In this document: positions 16,271 through 29,166 of the stretch, piece after piece
How positions within the stretch are numbered: the stretch's first letter is position 1
How the letters are laid out: each line of letters opens with the position of its first letter
Origin: Alphaproteobacteria bacterium
GTDB lineage: Bacteria > Pseudomonadota > Alphaproteobacteria > ATCC43930 > CGMCC-115725
DNA length: 49,590 nucleotides
Direction: 5' to 3'
Assembly (NCBI GenBank): GCA_019237135.1
Contig: JAFAHQ010000367.1
Span: 1-49,590, forward strand
Made by a program: the position numbers and the translations under genes
Notes under the pieces: model-generated
What the model was told of the DNA's origin: nothing
What the model saw: only the letters and a program-made list of their open reading frames with translations
Database searches by the model: none

Positions 16271-17482
16271 CTACGCGTGCGCCGCGCGCAGATTGTCCCG
16301 CCGCCTAGCGGCAATATCGGCTTTTTCGAAGTCAACCTGGGTAAAGCCGTAGAGGCGAGCGCCGCCGTACAGGATCTTGCCGGCGATTTCGGGGGTGATG
16401 CTCGAATTGTTCAGCACCCGCGTCGACACCTCGGGAAAACTCGAGTCGAAATGCGGGAAATCGGTCGACACGCAGATATTGTCGGCCCCGCCGAGAAGCT
16501 CGGCGACCGACCCCACCTCTTGCTCTCCGCTTTCGATCGCCGAGAAGCAGTTGCGTTGCCAGTACTCGAATGGTGAGAGCTTGAGATAGGGCGCGTCGGC
16601 GTCATGGTGCTGCCGAAGATCCCACTCAATGCGCCCTAACAGTCCGGGGACCCACCAGCTCTGCGCCTCGAGGAATGCCACCTTTAGTCTCGGATAAAAC
16701 TCGAAGATCCCACCCAACATCAGCGCGATCAGAGCGAGTTGCATCTCGGTCGAATGGCTGGCCACGTGGCGCATGAAGCGGTTCTCGCCAAAACGAGGCT
16801 CGATCGTCGAATAGTACGATCCGGTTCCCTCGTGAAAGCACAGCGGGACGTCGAGGTCTTGAAGCAGGCTGTAGAGCGGGTCCCAATAGGTGGAGTGCCA
16901 ATAGCGGCCGTTGACGTAATTGGGCCGCACAAAAGCTCCAACAGCGCCGTAGTCGCGAACGCAGCGATCAAGCTCCTGGCAGGCGAGGTTGACATCGTGG
17001 ATCGGGAGCATCGCCGCCATCTTCAGCTGGTCGGGGCTGTGCTGACAGAAATCGTGCAGCCAGTCGTTGTAAGCCCGGGAGATCGCGCCGGATAGTTGTG
17101 GATCCATATTGTCGCGAGCGAGGAATGACAGCCCCACCGTCGGGAACAGCACGGCAATGTCGATCCCCTCCATCTCCATGCCCATGATTTGGGCCTCGGC
17201 GTCGTACCCGCGCTCGACGGCAAACATGACGTTCGTGTTGGCGCGGGCGGAGACGAGGGGTCCCCGTATCCGGTTGTATTGAGAGATGTTGCCGTCGTTG
17301 CTGATCGGTAAGCCGTCGAAAAACCACAACGGTCGGCGGCGCATTCCGGTGCTGCCGGAATTGGTCGGGCGCGACGACGATGTGACACGCGGTTTGAATG
17401 CCGGGTCGAGATATTTATCGAAGAGATCGATCGGCTCCATAATGTGCATGTCGCAATCGACGAACCGGTAGCCGTCTTTCAT
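16271..17482 (-). CDS. Amidohydrolase-2 (ACMSD-like metal-dependent hydrolase/decarboxylase) family protein
   Basis: ORF 16271..17596. Preferred ATG is at 17482 (MKDGYRFVDCDMHIMEP). DCDMH, CFHEG and VSTDFPHFD are metal-ligand motifs. Confidence 0.8.
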   Translation of the reverse strand: MKDGYRFVDCDMHIMEPIDLFDKYLDPAFKPRVTSSSRPTNSGSTGMRRRPLWFFDGLPISNDGNISQYNRIRGPLVSARANTNVMFAVERGYDAEAQIMGMEMEGIDIAVLFPTVGLSFLARDNMDPQLSGAISRAYNDWLHDFCQHSPDQLKMAAMLPIHDVNLACQELDRCVRDYGAVGAFVRPNYVNGRYWHSTYWDPLYSLLQDLDVPLCFHEGTGSYYSTIEPRFGENRFMRHVASHSTEMQLALIALMLGGIFEFYPRLKVAFLEAQSWWVPGLLGRIEWDLRQHHDADAPYLKLSPFEYWQRNCFSAIESGEQEVGSVAELLGGADNICVSTDFPHFDSSFPEVSTRVLNNSSITPEIAGKILYGGARLYGFTQVDFEKADIAARRRDNLRAAHA

Positions 17483-17936
17483 CTCGTTGTCCCTTTCGCG
17501 CTGGTCAGCAACTCGGCCGCAGTGGGGCGTCGCCCAGCCGGACCATGCGGACCGAGATTTGCAGTTTAGCCTCGATCCCGCCGAGTTTGCACGCATCGCG
17601 GCAGCCGGACTCGCGCGAAGACCTCGACCATCGACAAAGCAGCCGATACAGTCCGTGACACAAGAATGGCCGGAACCAAAGTTCCGGCCAAGTTTGAACA
17701 GGGAGGCTTCACGTCTGGGAGACGTGAGGGTCCGCAGACCCTCTTTCCGGGCACAAGTCCCGGAAACTTACGTCAGCAGGAAACGCCGACAGAAACTCGC
17801 TGCGTCAGAACGCATGTTTAACATGGAGCATTCGGCGCGCGACCACCACCCGGAATTTCTTCTGGCTCGTCTGCAAAAACTGCAACGCTCAGGCAAGTTG
17901 CCCCCTCGGGCTTAATTTTGAACGGCTTTACAGAGG

Positions 17937-18830
17937 TCAGCTGAGCCGAGTTTCCGCTACCTTACGCAGTAGGAAATCACGGAAAACGCTGATGCGCTTG
18001 GAGGAACGCAGTTCTTCCGGGTAGACAAAATAGGCCTCAACCGGCGGGCCGGTCAGTTCAGGCAGGACCCGCACGAGCTCGGTAAATTCGTTGGCCATGA
18101 AATCGGGCAGTGCGCTGATTCCGAGCCCGCTGACCACGGCGCGAAGTATCCCGTAGAAATTGTTCACCGTCAGAATCGGCTTGCGCTCCCCCCCGGCCTT
18201 GGTCCCAATGTCGAGCAGCCAGTTAATGTTCTGCACCGGCGGGCGAGCATCGTCGCCGTAGACGATCAGCCGGTGCTTGTCCAGGTCCTCGGGCCTTTGC
18301 GGCGTGCCATGCTTCTTGATGTAATCCGGAGCGGCATAAATATGAACCTGGACACTGACGAGGTGACGCTGGATCAGATCCGGCTGGCGCGGCGGTGCCA
18401 TGCGAATCGCCACATCGGCTTCGCGCATCGACAGGTCGAGTTCGGCATCATCGACGACTAGGCTGACCTGGATTTCGGGGTAAAGGTCGAGGAATTCCCG
18501 GATGCGCGGTGTCAGCCAAGTCGAACCGAAGGCCACCGTCGTCTGGATCTTGAGCGGTCCTTTGGGCCGGTCCTTCGATTCGGAGATCAGGCCTTCCGCC
18601 ATCGATAGCTTGGCGAATACGTCGCGCGCCGTTCGGAACAGCAGCTCACCCTGCTCGGTCAGGATCAGGCCGCGAGCATGGCGGTGAAACAACGGGACGC
18701 TCAGGCTTTCCTCGAGCGCGCTGATCTGCCGGCTGACCGCAGACTGGCTAAGATTCAGCGACTCGCCGGCATGCGTGAAGCTGCCCGCCTCGGCCACCGC
18801 GTGGAAAACCCGCAACTTGTCCCAATCCAT
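17937..18830 (-). CDS. LysR-family transcriptional regulator
   Basis: N-terminal wHTH (LRVFHAVAEAGSFTHAGESLNLSQSAVSRQISALEE) plus a LysR substrate-binding domain. Confidence 0.9.
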   Translation of the reverse strand: MDWDKLRVFHAVAEAGSFTHAGESLNLSQSAVSRQISALEESLSVPLFHRHARGLILTEQGELLFRTARDVFAKLSMAEGLISESKDRPKGPLKIQTTVAFGSTWLTPRIREFLDLYPEIQVSLVVDDAELDLSMREADVAIRMAPPRQPDLIQRHLVSVQVHIYAAPDYIKKHGTPQRPEDLDKHRLIVYGDDARPPVQNINWLLDIGTKAGGERKPILTVNNFYGILRAVVSGLGISALPDFMANEFTELVRVLPELTGPPVEAYFVYPEELRSSKRISVFRDFLLRKVAETRLS

Positions 18831-18875
18831 CCCTGCGTCCCCTAGAGCGCCGCGAAAGGACTCAGCGCTCGCTTA

Positions 18876-19856
18876 CTATTTGGCAGCGCGAACGCTGACC
18901 GCTTCTTCCTGCACGCCCAGAAACTTCTCCGCCTCGAGTGCAGCCATGCATCCCATCCCGGCAGCGGTGACCGCTTGGCGAAAGATCTTGTCTCTGACGT
19001 CGCCCGCAGCAAAGACTCCCGGGATCGCCGTTTCGGTCGAATCCGGGCGGGCCAGCACATAACCCTCCGGGTCGAGTGGAAGCTGGCCGACGACGAACCC
19101 GGTCACCGGCGTGTGCCCGATCGCGATGAAAACGCCATCGCAAGGTTGTCTGGTGAGGGCGCCGGTACGCAGGTTGCGCAAGCGGATCCCAGTGACGGCC
19201 GGTGGTTCAGGCACGCCCAGGATCTCTTCGACCACGCTGTCCCAGACAATCTCGATCTTGGGGTTACGGAACAACCGATCTTGCAGGATTTTCTCCGCCC
19301 GCAACACCTCCCGGCGATGCACGAGGGTCACCCGCCGCGCATGGTTGGTCAGATAGATTGCCTCCTCGACCGCGGTATTTCCGCCTCCGACTACGACCAC
19401 GTCCTTGCCGCGGAAGAAAAATCCGTCGCATGTCGCACAGGCCGAAACCCCAAAGCCGCGGAAGACCTCCTCGCTTGGCAAGCCGAGCCAACGAGCCTGG
19501 GCGCCGGTCGCTATGATCACGGTATCGCCCGTATAGAGATCACCCGAATCGCCGGTGGCGACGAATGGTCGGCGCGCGAGATCGATCGCGACGATTAGGT
19601 CGAGGATCATTCGTGTACCGACGTGTTCAGCCTGTTGCCGCATCTGTTCCATCAGCCACGGACCCTGGATGATATCGGCGAAGCCGGGGTAGTTCTCGAC
19701 GTCGGTGGTGATGGTCATCTGGCCACCCGGTTGCAGCCCGGTGACGAGGATGGGGTGCAAATTGCCGCGCGCTGCATAGATCGCTGCGGTATAGCCGGCC
19801 GGTCCCGCGCCGATGATCAGGACCTTACTGTGATGACGCTCGGGCATTCCGGGCAC
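18876..19856 (-). CDS. trxB: Thioredoxin-disulfide reductase
   Basis: The motifs GAGPAGYTAAIYAAR, redox CATCDG, GGGNTAVEEA and GVFAAGDV are present. Confidence 0.95.
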   Translation of the reverse strand: MPGMPERHHSKVLIIGAGPAGYTAAIYAARGNLHPILVTGLQPGGQMTITTDVENYPGFADIIQGPWLMEQMRQQAEHVGTRMILDLIVAIDLARRPFVATGDSGDLYTGDTVIIATGAQARWLGLPSEEVFRGFGVSACATCDGFFFRGKDVVVVGGGNTAVEEAIYLTNHARRVTLVHRREVLRAEKILQDRLFRNPKIEIVWDSVVEEILGVPEPPAVTGIRLRNLRTGALTRQPCDGVFIAIGHTPVTGFVVGQLPLDPEGYVLARPDSTETAIPGVFAAGDVRDKIFRQAVTAAGMGCMAALEAEKFLGVQEEAVSVRAAK

Positions 19857-19917
19857 CCCGATTGATCGATTGGCAAATTATATCATTCTTCTGCGGTGCC
19901 GCGGGAAGCAGCGGGGG

Positions 19918-21858
19918 CTAAAAGCCGAACATGTGGTCGAGGCTGAACGATCCGTTGTGGCCGACCAGCCCGTGATAGCCAAAGAGCCGGCAGGTCGCGT
20001 CGCGAATCATCACATGAGCGCCGGCTCCTGCTCGGGTTCGCGCCGCCGCGTCAAAAACATCTCGATAGTACCAGAGCCGCGAACCCGAGCAGGGGATCGC
20101 CAAACTTGTCCGAGCTACCTCGCGTCCGGTGCCATCGTGGAGAGTGATCTCAGTGGCGCTCGCTGCCCGCCACGGGCGTGATGCGGGATAGATCAGCTGG
20201 CACAATGTGTCGTAGGCGGGCTCGCCGAGCCTTAGAAATAGGCGGGTCGACAATCCCGGGGGACGCCCGCTGTAGGATTGCGGCTCGTCGCGATAAGTCA
20301 AAATCGTGTTGAAGACATGGGCCCCAAAGCTGGTTTCAGCAGCATGACCGCTGCGCCGGTGGCGATAGCGGAACAGCGCGTGAAGCCATCCGTCCGCGGT
20401 GCCCCCTGCGGAAAAGTCGTAAATCAACTCGACATGGCCATAGCCTTCGTGCAGAGCCTCGATCCCGGCAACCTCGTCCAGGTCGAGAGCCGCTTCGTGC
20501 GCCCGCGGCACTCGTCCGAAAGAATGACGCAGAACTTCGTTTCCCTCCGGATCATAGACTAGCGCTGCAATCGGCAGCTCGGCTTGACCGACGGCCATCG
20601 GTGTCGGCAGTACTAAGCTCTGCCATTTATTCAGCGGCATGACCGGGGCGGGCAACAGATAACCCTTGCCAAGGGTGACCGCGAGCTTCGGAAGATCGAG
20701 GTCGGCGGCTAAGTCGGCGCGTTCTACATTGACATGCGCGATCCGCCGACGGCTGCGATCGAGAATTTCATAGCGAGGCCGCACCATATTCTTCCCCGCA
20801 CGCAACTCGACCTGCCTCGGCCAGGTCAGACCCGGCAGGATTTTGCTGATGTCGACCGCGCGGGTTGCAAATGGCGCAATCGGCTCGGAGATCGACGCCA
20901 GGTGCTCCTCGCCCATCGGGTTGAGACGAATGTCGTAAGGGGGAATCTGGATGGGGTGACTGTTCTGAAGCCAGAGCACGACGCGCTCGCCCGGGCCCGG
21001 CGCCGGAAGGCCGGCATAGCGGTCTGCGGGCCACGCGTTCGCGTCATGTGTGGAGGAGAGCGAGCAATCGGTACTGGCAAGATCGCCGTTGGTGATCTCT
21101 GAGCTGGCATCGCCAAATATGTCGAGGGCGTATTTGACGACGTCGTGCCCGGCCGCTCCGACGATGTGGAGAAACAGCTGACCGCAGAATTCGGTGAGGC
21201 CGAATCGGTCGCGGATCTCGCGGCTGTCGAGGACGATCGTGCTCCCGGCCGATCCACAGTTTTCACACCACTCGGCGAGGATTTGACCATCGCCGGCGAA
21301 CAGCGTCACCCAGCAAGTAACAGTTCCCGCGCCGTAACTCGACCAGTAGTTTGCGGTCACGAGCCGGGTATGCAATCCATCTGCCTCACGGAAGAAAGCA
21401 AAATTGGTGGCGAAATTGAGTGGGTCGAGATAAGCGCTTGGCTTGGTCAGGCGCTCGTGAGGAATTCGCATTGCGTCGAGGCTGAACGCCTGTGCGCCGT
21501 TGGGCAAATAGGGTTGGAGCTGCGCGATTGTGCGCTCGGCATCGAACGCAGCGACGAACACCGACCGGGCGCACGAGCCCGCGAGTTCAGTCACCGGCTT
21601 CGTTGCATGGCCTAAGACGGTGGCTCCGATCCGAGGCACTTGTTGGACGTAGGCGCCGGCAATTTCGACCCTGTCGAGGCAGAAGATCTCGTTGAAGGCC
21701 TCGGCGGCACCGCTCGGATCGTAGACAGCAACCGGAGCGTTGCGCGTCAGCATGGCGACCAGAGTCTTCCCCGGTTGCGCGGCGCTCGGATGGGTCAGGG
21801 CCTTGTAGAGTGTATTCCCCCCGCGGGCGTTGTCGAAGGTCTCGATGCGCAGCGGCAT
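19918..21858 (-). CDS. Hypothetical 646-aa cytoplasmic protein with an N-terminal Rossmann-like segment and repeated ~100-aa modules
   Basis: Long ORF with composition and codon use that look native. No signal peptide or TM segment. No family recognised. Confidence 0.75.
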   Translation of the reverse strand: MPLRIETFDNARGGNTLYKALTHPSAAQPGKTLVAMLTRNAPVAVYDPSGAAEAFNEIFCLDRVEIAGAYVQQVPRIGATVLGHATKPVTELAGSCARSVFVAAFDAERTIAQLQPYLPNGAQAFSLDAMRIPHERLTKPSAYLDPLNFATNFAFFREADGLHTRLVTANYWSSYGAGTVTCWVTLFAGDGQILAEWCENCGSAGSTIVLDSREIRDRFGLTEFCGQLFLHIVGAAGHDVVKYALDIFGDASSEITNGDLASTDCSLSSTHDANAWPADRYAGLPAPGPGERVVLWLQNSHPIQIPPYDIRLNPMGEEHLASISEPIAPFATRAVDISKILPGLTWPRQVELRAGKNMVRPRYEILDRSRRRIAHVNVERADLAADLDLPKLAVTLGKGYLLPAPVMPLNKWQSLVLPTPMAVGQAELPIAALVYDPEGNEVLRHSFGRVPRAHEAALDLDEVAGIEALHEGYGHVELIYDFSAGGTADGWLHALFRYRHRRSGHAAETSFGAHVFNTILTYRDEPQSYSGRPPGLSTRLFLRLGEPAYDTLCQLIYPASRPWRAASATEITLHDGTGREVARTSLAIPCSGSRLWYYRDVFDAAARTRAGAGAHVMIRDATCRLFGYHGLVGHNGSFSLDHMFGF

Positions 21859-21942
21859 GGCGGCGAGCCGATTTCGAAAGCAGCGGGCGGCATCCGCTCC
21901 GATACTACACCCTTCGCGGAGGGCGCAAGCCGCTACCGGAAT

Positions 21943-23424
21943 TTACCGTGAACCGGCGCGATCCCGCCCGATGGACGCTCCGCCGAGGCGTCGGCATGGC
22001 CAGGGTGGCGCGTCCCCCGAAGCGCTGAGACCATGGCGCGCTGCTGCCAGATCGATCCCGGCCTTGGTGAAAAGGTGCGCCGCGTAGCGAGTGGTCAGCA
22101 CGGCGATCAACGCGCCGGCGAGGCTGTCCCCAAGGTAATGAGCGCCAACCACAACACGGCTCATACACACAATCACCGCGACGAGGATATAGAAGAGAAG
22201 ATGCTGCGGCCAAAACAACCAGAGGCCCGTCATCAGCGCGACGATTGTAGCGCTATGCCCCGAAGGAAACGACCAGTGGTCGGGCCGCCAACTGAGCCAA
22301 GTAAAACCATAGACATCGGACTGGAAGAGCAGTTTTGGCCTGGGTCGTCCAAAGAGCACCTTTAACACATCGACGACGATGCCCGAGCCGGCGATCGAAA
22401 CAAATAAGAATGCCGGAACTCCTGACAGCGCGCGCAACGGCAGCGCAAACTGCTGCAGTCGAGGCAGTACGCCGCCCCAGTGCAGCGCAACGAAGGCAAG
22501 GCCGAAGATGGTCAAATAGCCATAAGTCAAACCGAGACGCCCGGTGACGTCGAACAGCGAGCGCAGGTCCTGGTCTCGGGCATCGAAAAACAATGCGAGC
22601 GGCCGGTCGGCAGTACGAATCGAGATCACCACGAGGAGCGTCAGTGCGGCCACAGAAAACAGGAGGCGACTAACGGGCGACCCACGAGCGCGGTGTGCGA
22701 TGTCCCATGCGGCGACCGCAATACGAAGGATCAATCGATAGAATCGCAGGAGCGCGGGAGCTGCGAGACCGTCGCAATCGACGATCCACCAGTATAGCAG
22801 CGCCGTCGAGCCATAGACGAGCAAGCCGGCGTAGACGACATCCGACAAAAAGTGAGCGCCTTGCGCGATCCGGCCCAGCCCGACGAGCGCTCCGAAACCG
22901 AGAGCAGCCACTACGCCGCGCCGCCGAGAGTCGCCCGGTGGAAGCAAGAAAGCCAAGGAAACCAGCGAGAAGGCCAGAGCGGCGTGGCCAGAAACGAAAG
23001 CACAGTTGCGATCGCATTCGACTGCGGGCAGCGGTGCCGGCGTGAAGCGATGGGCCCCGCCAAACGCTTCGATCTGAGCGGGCCGCGCGCGTCCCCAATG
23101 ATCCTTTAGCAGGGTGTTTGCGAGGAGTCCGGGACCGGCAGCTGTCGACGCAACGAGAAAGATCAGCGCCTTGCGGTCCAGCCGCCACAGCGGCTTGCCG
23201 AGAAGGAGCAGCCAGCATACGCCGATCGCGGCGAGGATTACCGTGCCCCAGGCGATCCAAGGGATCGCATGAAAGAGCAACAAGATCGGAGGCCAATTTG
23301 CCAGCACAAAGCCGCGCTCGGGGTCGTAGAACAGCCCACTGGTCGCCAGGTCGACTTCGGGTGCAAACAAGAAGATTGCCAGCGTGAAGGCTACCACCCC
23401 GAGATAGACTACAAATGCCTTCAT
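21943..23424 (-). CDS. Membrane protein with two tandem PAP2 (lipid phosphate phosphatase) domains
   Basis: ORF 21943..23469. Preferred ATG is at 23424 (MKAFVVYLG). Domain 1 has KDHWGRARP / FVSGH / GRIAQGAHFLSD. Domain 2 has KVLFGRPRP / PSGHS / SRVVVGAHYLGD. Confidence 0.8.
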   Translation of the reverse strand: MKAFVVYLGVVAFTLAIFLFAPEVDLATSGLFYDPERGFVLANWPPILLLFHAIPWIAWGTVILAAIGVCWLLLLGKPLWRLDRKALIFLVASTAAGPGLLANTLLKDHWGRARPAQIEAFGGAHRFTPAPLPAVECDRNCAFVSGHAALAFSLVSLAFLLPPGDSRRRGVVAALGFGALVGLGRIAQGAHFLSDVVYAGLLVYGSTALLYWWIVDCDGLAAPALLRFYRLILRIAVAAWDIAHRARGSPVSRLLFSVAALTLLVVISIRTADRPLALFFDARDQDLRSLFDVTGRLGLTYGYLTIFGLAFVALHWGGVLPRLQQFALPLRALSGVPAFLFVSIAGSGIVVDVLKVLFGRPRPKLLFQSDVYGFTWLSWRPDHWSFPSGHSATIVALMTGLWLFWPQHLLFYILVAVIVCMSRVVVGAHYLGDSLAGALIAVLTTRYAAHLFTKAGIDLAAARHGLSASGDAPPWPCRRLGGASIGRDRAGSR

Positions 23425-23990
23425 ACCCGCTTGCGCCGTCCGAAAACGAGTGCTCGCGGTACGGCGCACGCGGGCGCCGTGTCACGCGGGACCGAATAGG
23501 ACCAGGGCTCGATGCGGCCAGAGGACCGCGTGGTGATACCGCCCGCCCGCATCGCCTCGTGAAAGTGGGCGAACTTGGCGTTGCCACCTGCGAGTTCAAA
23601 AACATACACCGGTTTGCGCGTCGCAGCCGCTTCGCTGATCATCGAGATGGAATGGGCGGTTACCAGCATCGCAGCGGCGAGGGCGAGACAGGCGCATTGC
23701 AGCTCGCTGTCGAAAAGCCTTCGAGCCGCTTTCGCGGCAACGCCCGCCTACCCGCTCCGGTCTGCGGCGATGGGGTCATCAGCACTGAACTGCCGACGAT
23801 GCGCAGGGTGCCGGCGAACGCTGGCATCGCCGCCTTTCCGTCATGCACGACCCAAGCGATTGGTAACGGCCAGTTGGGACCTCATGCGTCTGTCTGCGCA
23901 AGGCAGGCCATCCCTTCCGTTAACGCAAACCGCACGCGTAGAGCAAGGATGCCCTGGACGATACGATGACTTCTTAGCCCAAGTTGGTCC
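23421..23990 (-). pseudogene. Truncated, frameshifted ELM1/DUF1022-family gene remnant
   Basis: The C-terminal frame (23421..23747) reads ...CLALAAAMLVTAHSISMISEAAATRKPVYVFEL... (the family VT.DS.SM.SEA..TGKPV motif). An upstream piece, SSVLMTPSPQT (resembling sl.vT.SRRTp), lies in a different frame (ORF 23660..23848). An in-frame stop is at 23748-50. Only ~590 nt are available before greA, against ~1 kb for a full-length gene. Confidence 0.5.
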
Positions 23991-24014
23991 TTACCACATA
24001 ACAGCGAATCGCCA

Positions 24015-24488
24015 TCAGCCGAAGGCGACGGTGACGACCTCATAGGATTTGGCGCCGCGCGGGGTGGCGACCTCGACGCTTTCTCCGGTTCGTTTACCGA
24101 TCAGCGCGCGTGCTAGTGGTGATGTCACCGACAGCCGACCCTGACTGATATCGGCTTCGTCCTCGCCGACGATTTGAAAGGTCTGCTCCTCGTCGGTCTC
24201 CTCATCCGCAAGCGTGACCCGAGCCCCGAATTTGATCGCCGAACCCGACAGCTTGGAAACGTCAATGACTTCCGCACGGGCGATCTTGTCCTCGATTTCG
24301 GCCAGCCGGCCTTCGATGAAGCTCTGCCGGTCGCGCGCGGAGTGATATTCGGCATTCTCGGCCAAATCGCCGTGATCTCGAGCCTCTGCGATGGCGCGGA
24401 TTATCGCAGGCCGGTCGACAGTCTTCAGGCGCTTCAGCTCCTCCCGGAGCCGATTGTAGCCATCGGCCGTCATGGGAATCTTGTTCAT
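24015..24488 (-). CDS. greA: Transcription elongation factor GreA
   Basis: [22 protein letters not shown]...[16 protein letters not shown]...[10 protein letters not shown] match GreA. Confidence 0.95.
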   Translation of the reverse strand: MNKIPMTADGYNRLREELKRLKTVDRPAIIRAIAEARDHGDLAENAEYHSARDRQSFIEGRLAEIEDKIARAEVIDVSKLSGSAIKFGARVTLADEETDEEQTFQIVGEDEADISQGRLSVTSPLARALIGKRTGESVEVATPRGAKSYEVVTVAFG

Positions 24489-24545
24489 CGAAAAGGGGTT
24501 CGCATCCTGCTAACGAAAACCACGGCAAGGGCTGCCGCGGAACAA

Positions 24546-27789
<3,244 letters not shown>

Positions 27790-27797
<8 letters not shown>

Positions 27798-28950
27798 TCT
27801 CGCCCATCAGCCGGACAAAGCGCTCGAACAGGTAATGGCTGTCTTGCGGACCAGGGCTTGCCTCCGGGTGATATTGCACGGAGAACACCGGCTTGCCGAT
27901 CATCCGCAGGCCCTCGTTGCTGTTGTCGAAGAGCGAGAAATGCGTCGGTTCGACATCCTTCGGCAAGCTTTCCGGGTCAACGACAAACCCATGGTTTTGG
28001 CTGGTGATCTCTATTTTGCCGGTCTGCAGATCCTTGACCGGGTGATTCGCTCCGCGGTGACCGCGCGCCATCTTGCGGGTTCTGCCGCCGAGCGCCAATG
28101 CCAGCACCTGGTGACCGAGACAGATGCCGAAGACGGGTTTACCCGAATCCAACAGGTCACGCAGCACAGGTACCGCGTAGGTGCCGGTCGCCGCTGGGTC
28201 ACCGGGGCCGTTCGACAAGAAAATGCCGTCGGGCCGGTGGCCCATGATGTCCGCTGTCGATGCAGTGGCCGGAACTACGATGACTCGGCAGCCGTGCGCG
28301 GCGAGCATACGCAGGATGTTGCGCTTGACACCGTAGTCAATCGCTACAACGCAGTAGCGGAAGTTCTGTTGCAGACCGTAGCCGCGATTTCGATCCCATA
28401 CGGTTTGATCCCACTCGTAGGTTTGGCGGCAGGTCACTTCTTTGGCGAGATCCATGCCTTCGAGACCCGGCCAGGCGCGAGCCCGGGCTCGCAGCGAAGG
28501 AATGTCGAGCCGTCCCTCGGGATCGTGGGCGATGACGCCATTGGGCGGTCCGAAATCGCGGATGTGCATTGTCAGCCGCCGGGTATCGACCCCCGCGATG
28601 CCGATGAGCCCATGGCCTTTGAGCCACCTGTCGAGTGATTGGGTTGCGCGATAGTTCGCCGGCTCGCTAATCGGTGCTCTCAGCACCAGCCCGCGCGCCG
28701 CAACGGTAGTGGCTTCCATGTCCTCCTGATTCGCGCCGACATTGCCGATGTGGGGAAAGGTGAAGGCGATAATCTGTCCGGCGTAGGAAGGATCGGTCAG
28801 GATTTCCTGATAACCTGTGACGGCGGTATTGAAGCAGACTTCGCCGGCCCCATTCCCGATCGCGCCAAGCCCGCGGCCCCAAAAAACGGTGCCGTCGGCG
28901 AGGACGAGCGCAGCGTTGCAGTCGGGCGGTCGCGGCGTCGAGTCGCGCAT
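27790..28950 (-). CDS. carA: Carbamoyl-phosphate synthase small (glutaminase) subunit
   Basis: The motifs [24 protein letters not shown] and [10 protein letters not shown] are present. 8-nt overlap with carB. Confidence 0.95.
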
Positions 28951-29166
28951 CGGCGAGGAGTCCTGCTGGCATATCCCGGAACGCGATTGGCGCGACCCGG
29001 AAGCGAACGGCGAAGCGGTAGCGAGAGATACCCTTCCAGCCGCCCGGCGTCAATCATCTCCTGGTCCGAACTTATCGCTGTTTCAATTAGTTAGGAGAAG
29101 ATATGCGGAATTGCTGCAGAACCTTAAACGCGATAGCATTAAGACTTTCGTTGGGGGAGCGCGCCG

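Noticed and set aside
17487-17915. 142-aa plus-strand ORF filling the long intergenic gap
   Set aside because: Its Arg/Pro/Ser-rich low-complexity translation has no motifs and no convincing ribosome-binding site. I treat it as non-coding, with the hairpins reported instead.
28951-29166. AT-rich divergent carA/yqeY promoter region with the partial inverted repeat cttatcgc...gcgatagc, considered as an ARG-box or PyrR-type site
   Set aside because: The repeat is imperfect and does not match the ARG-box consensus as I remember it. The evidence is insufficient.
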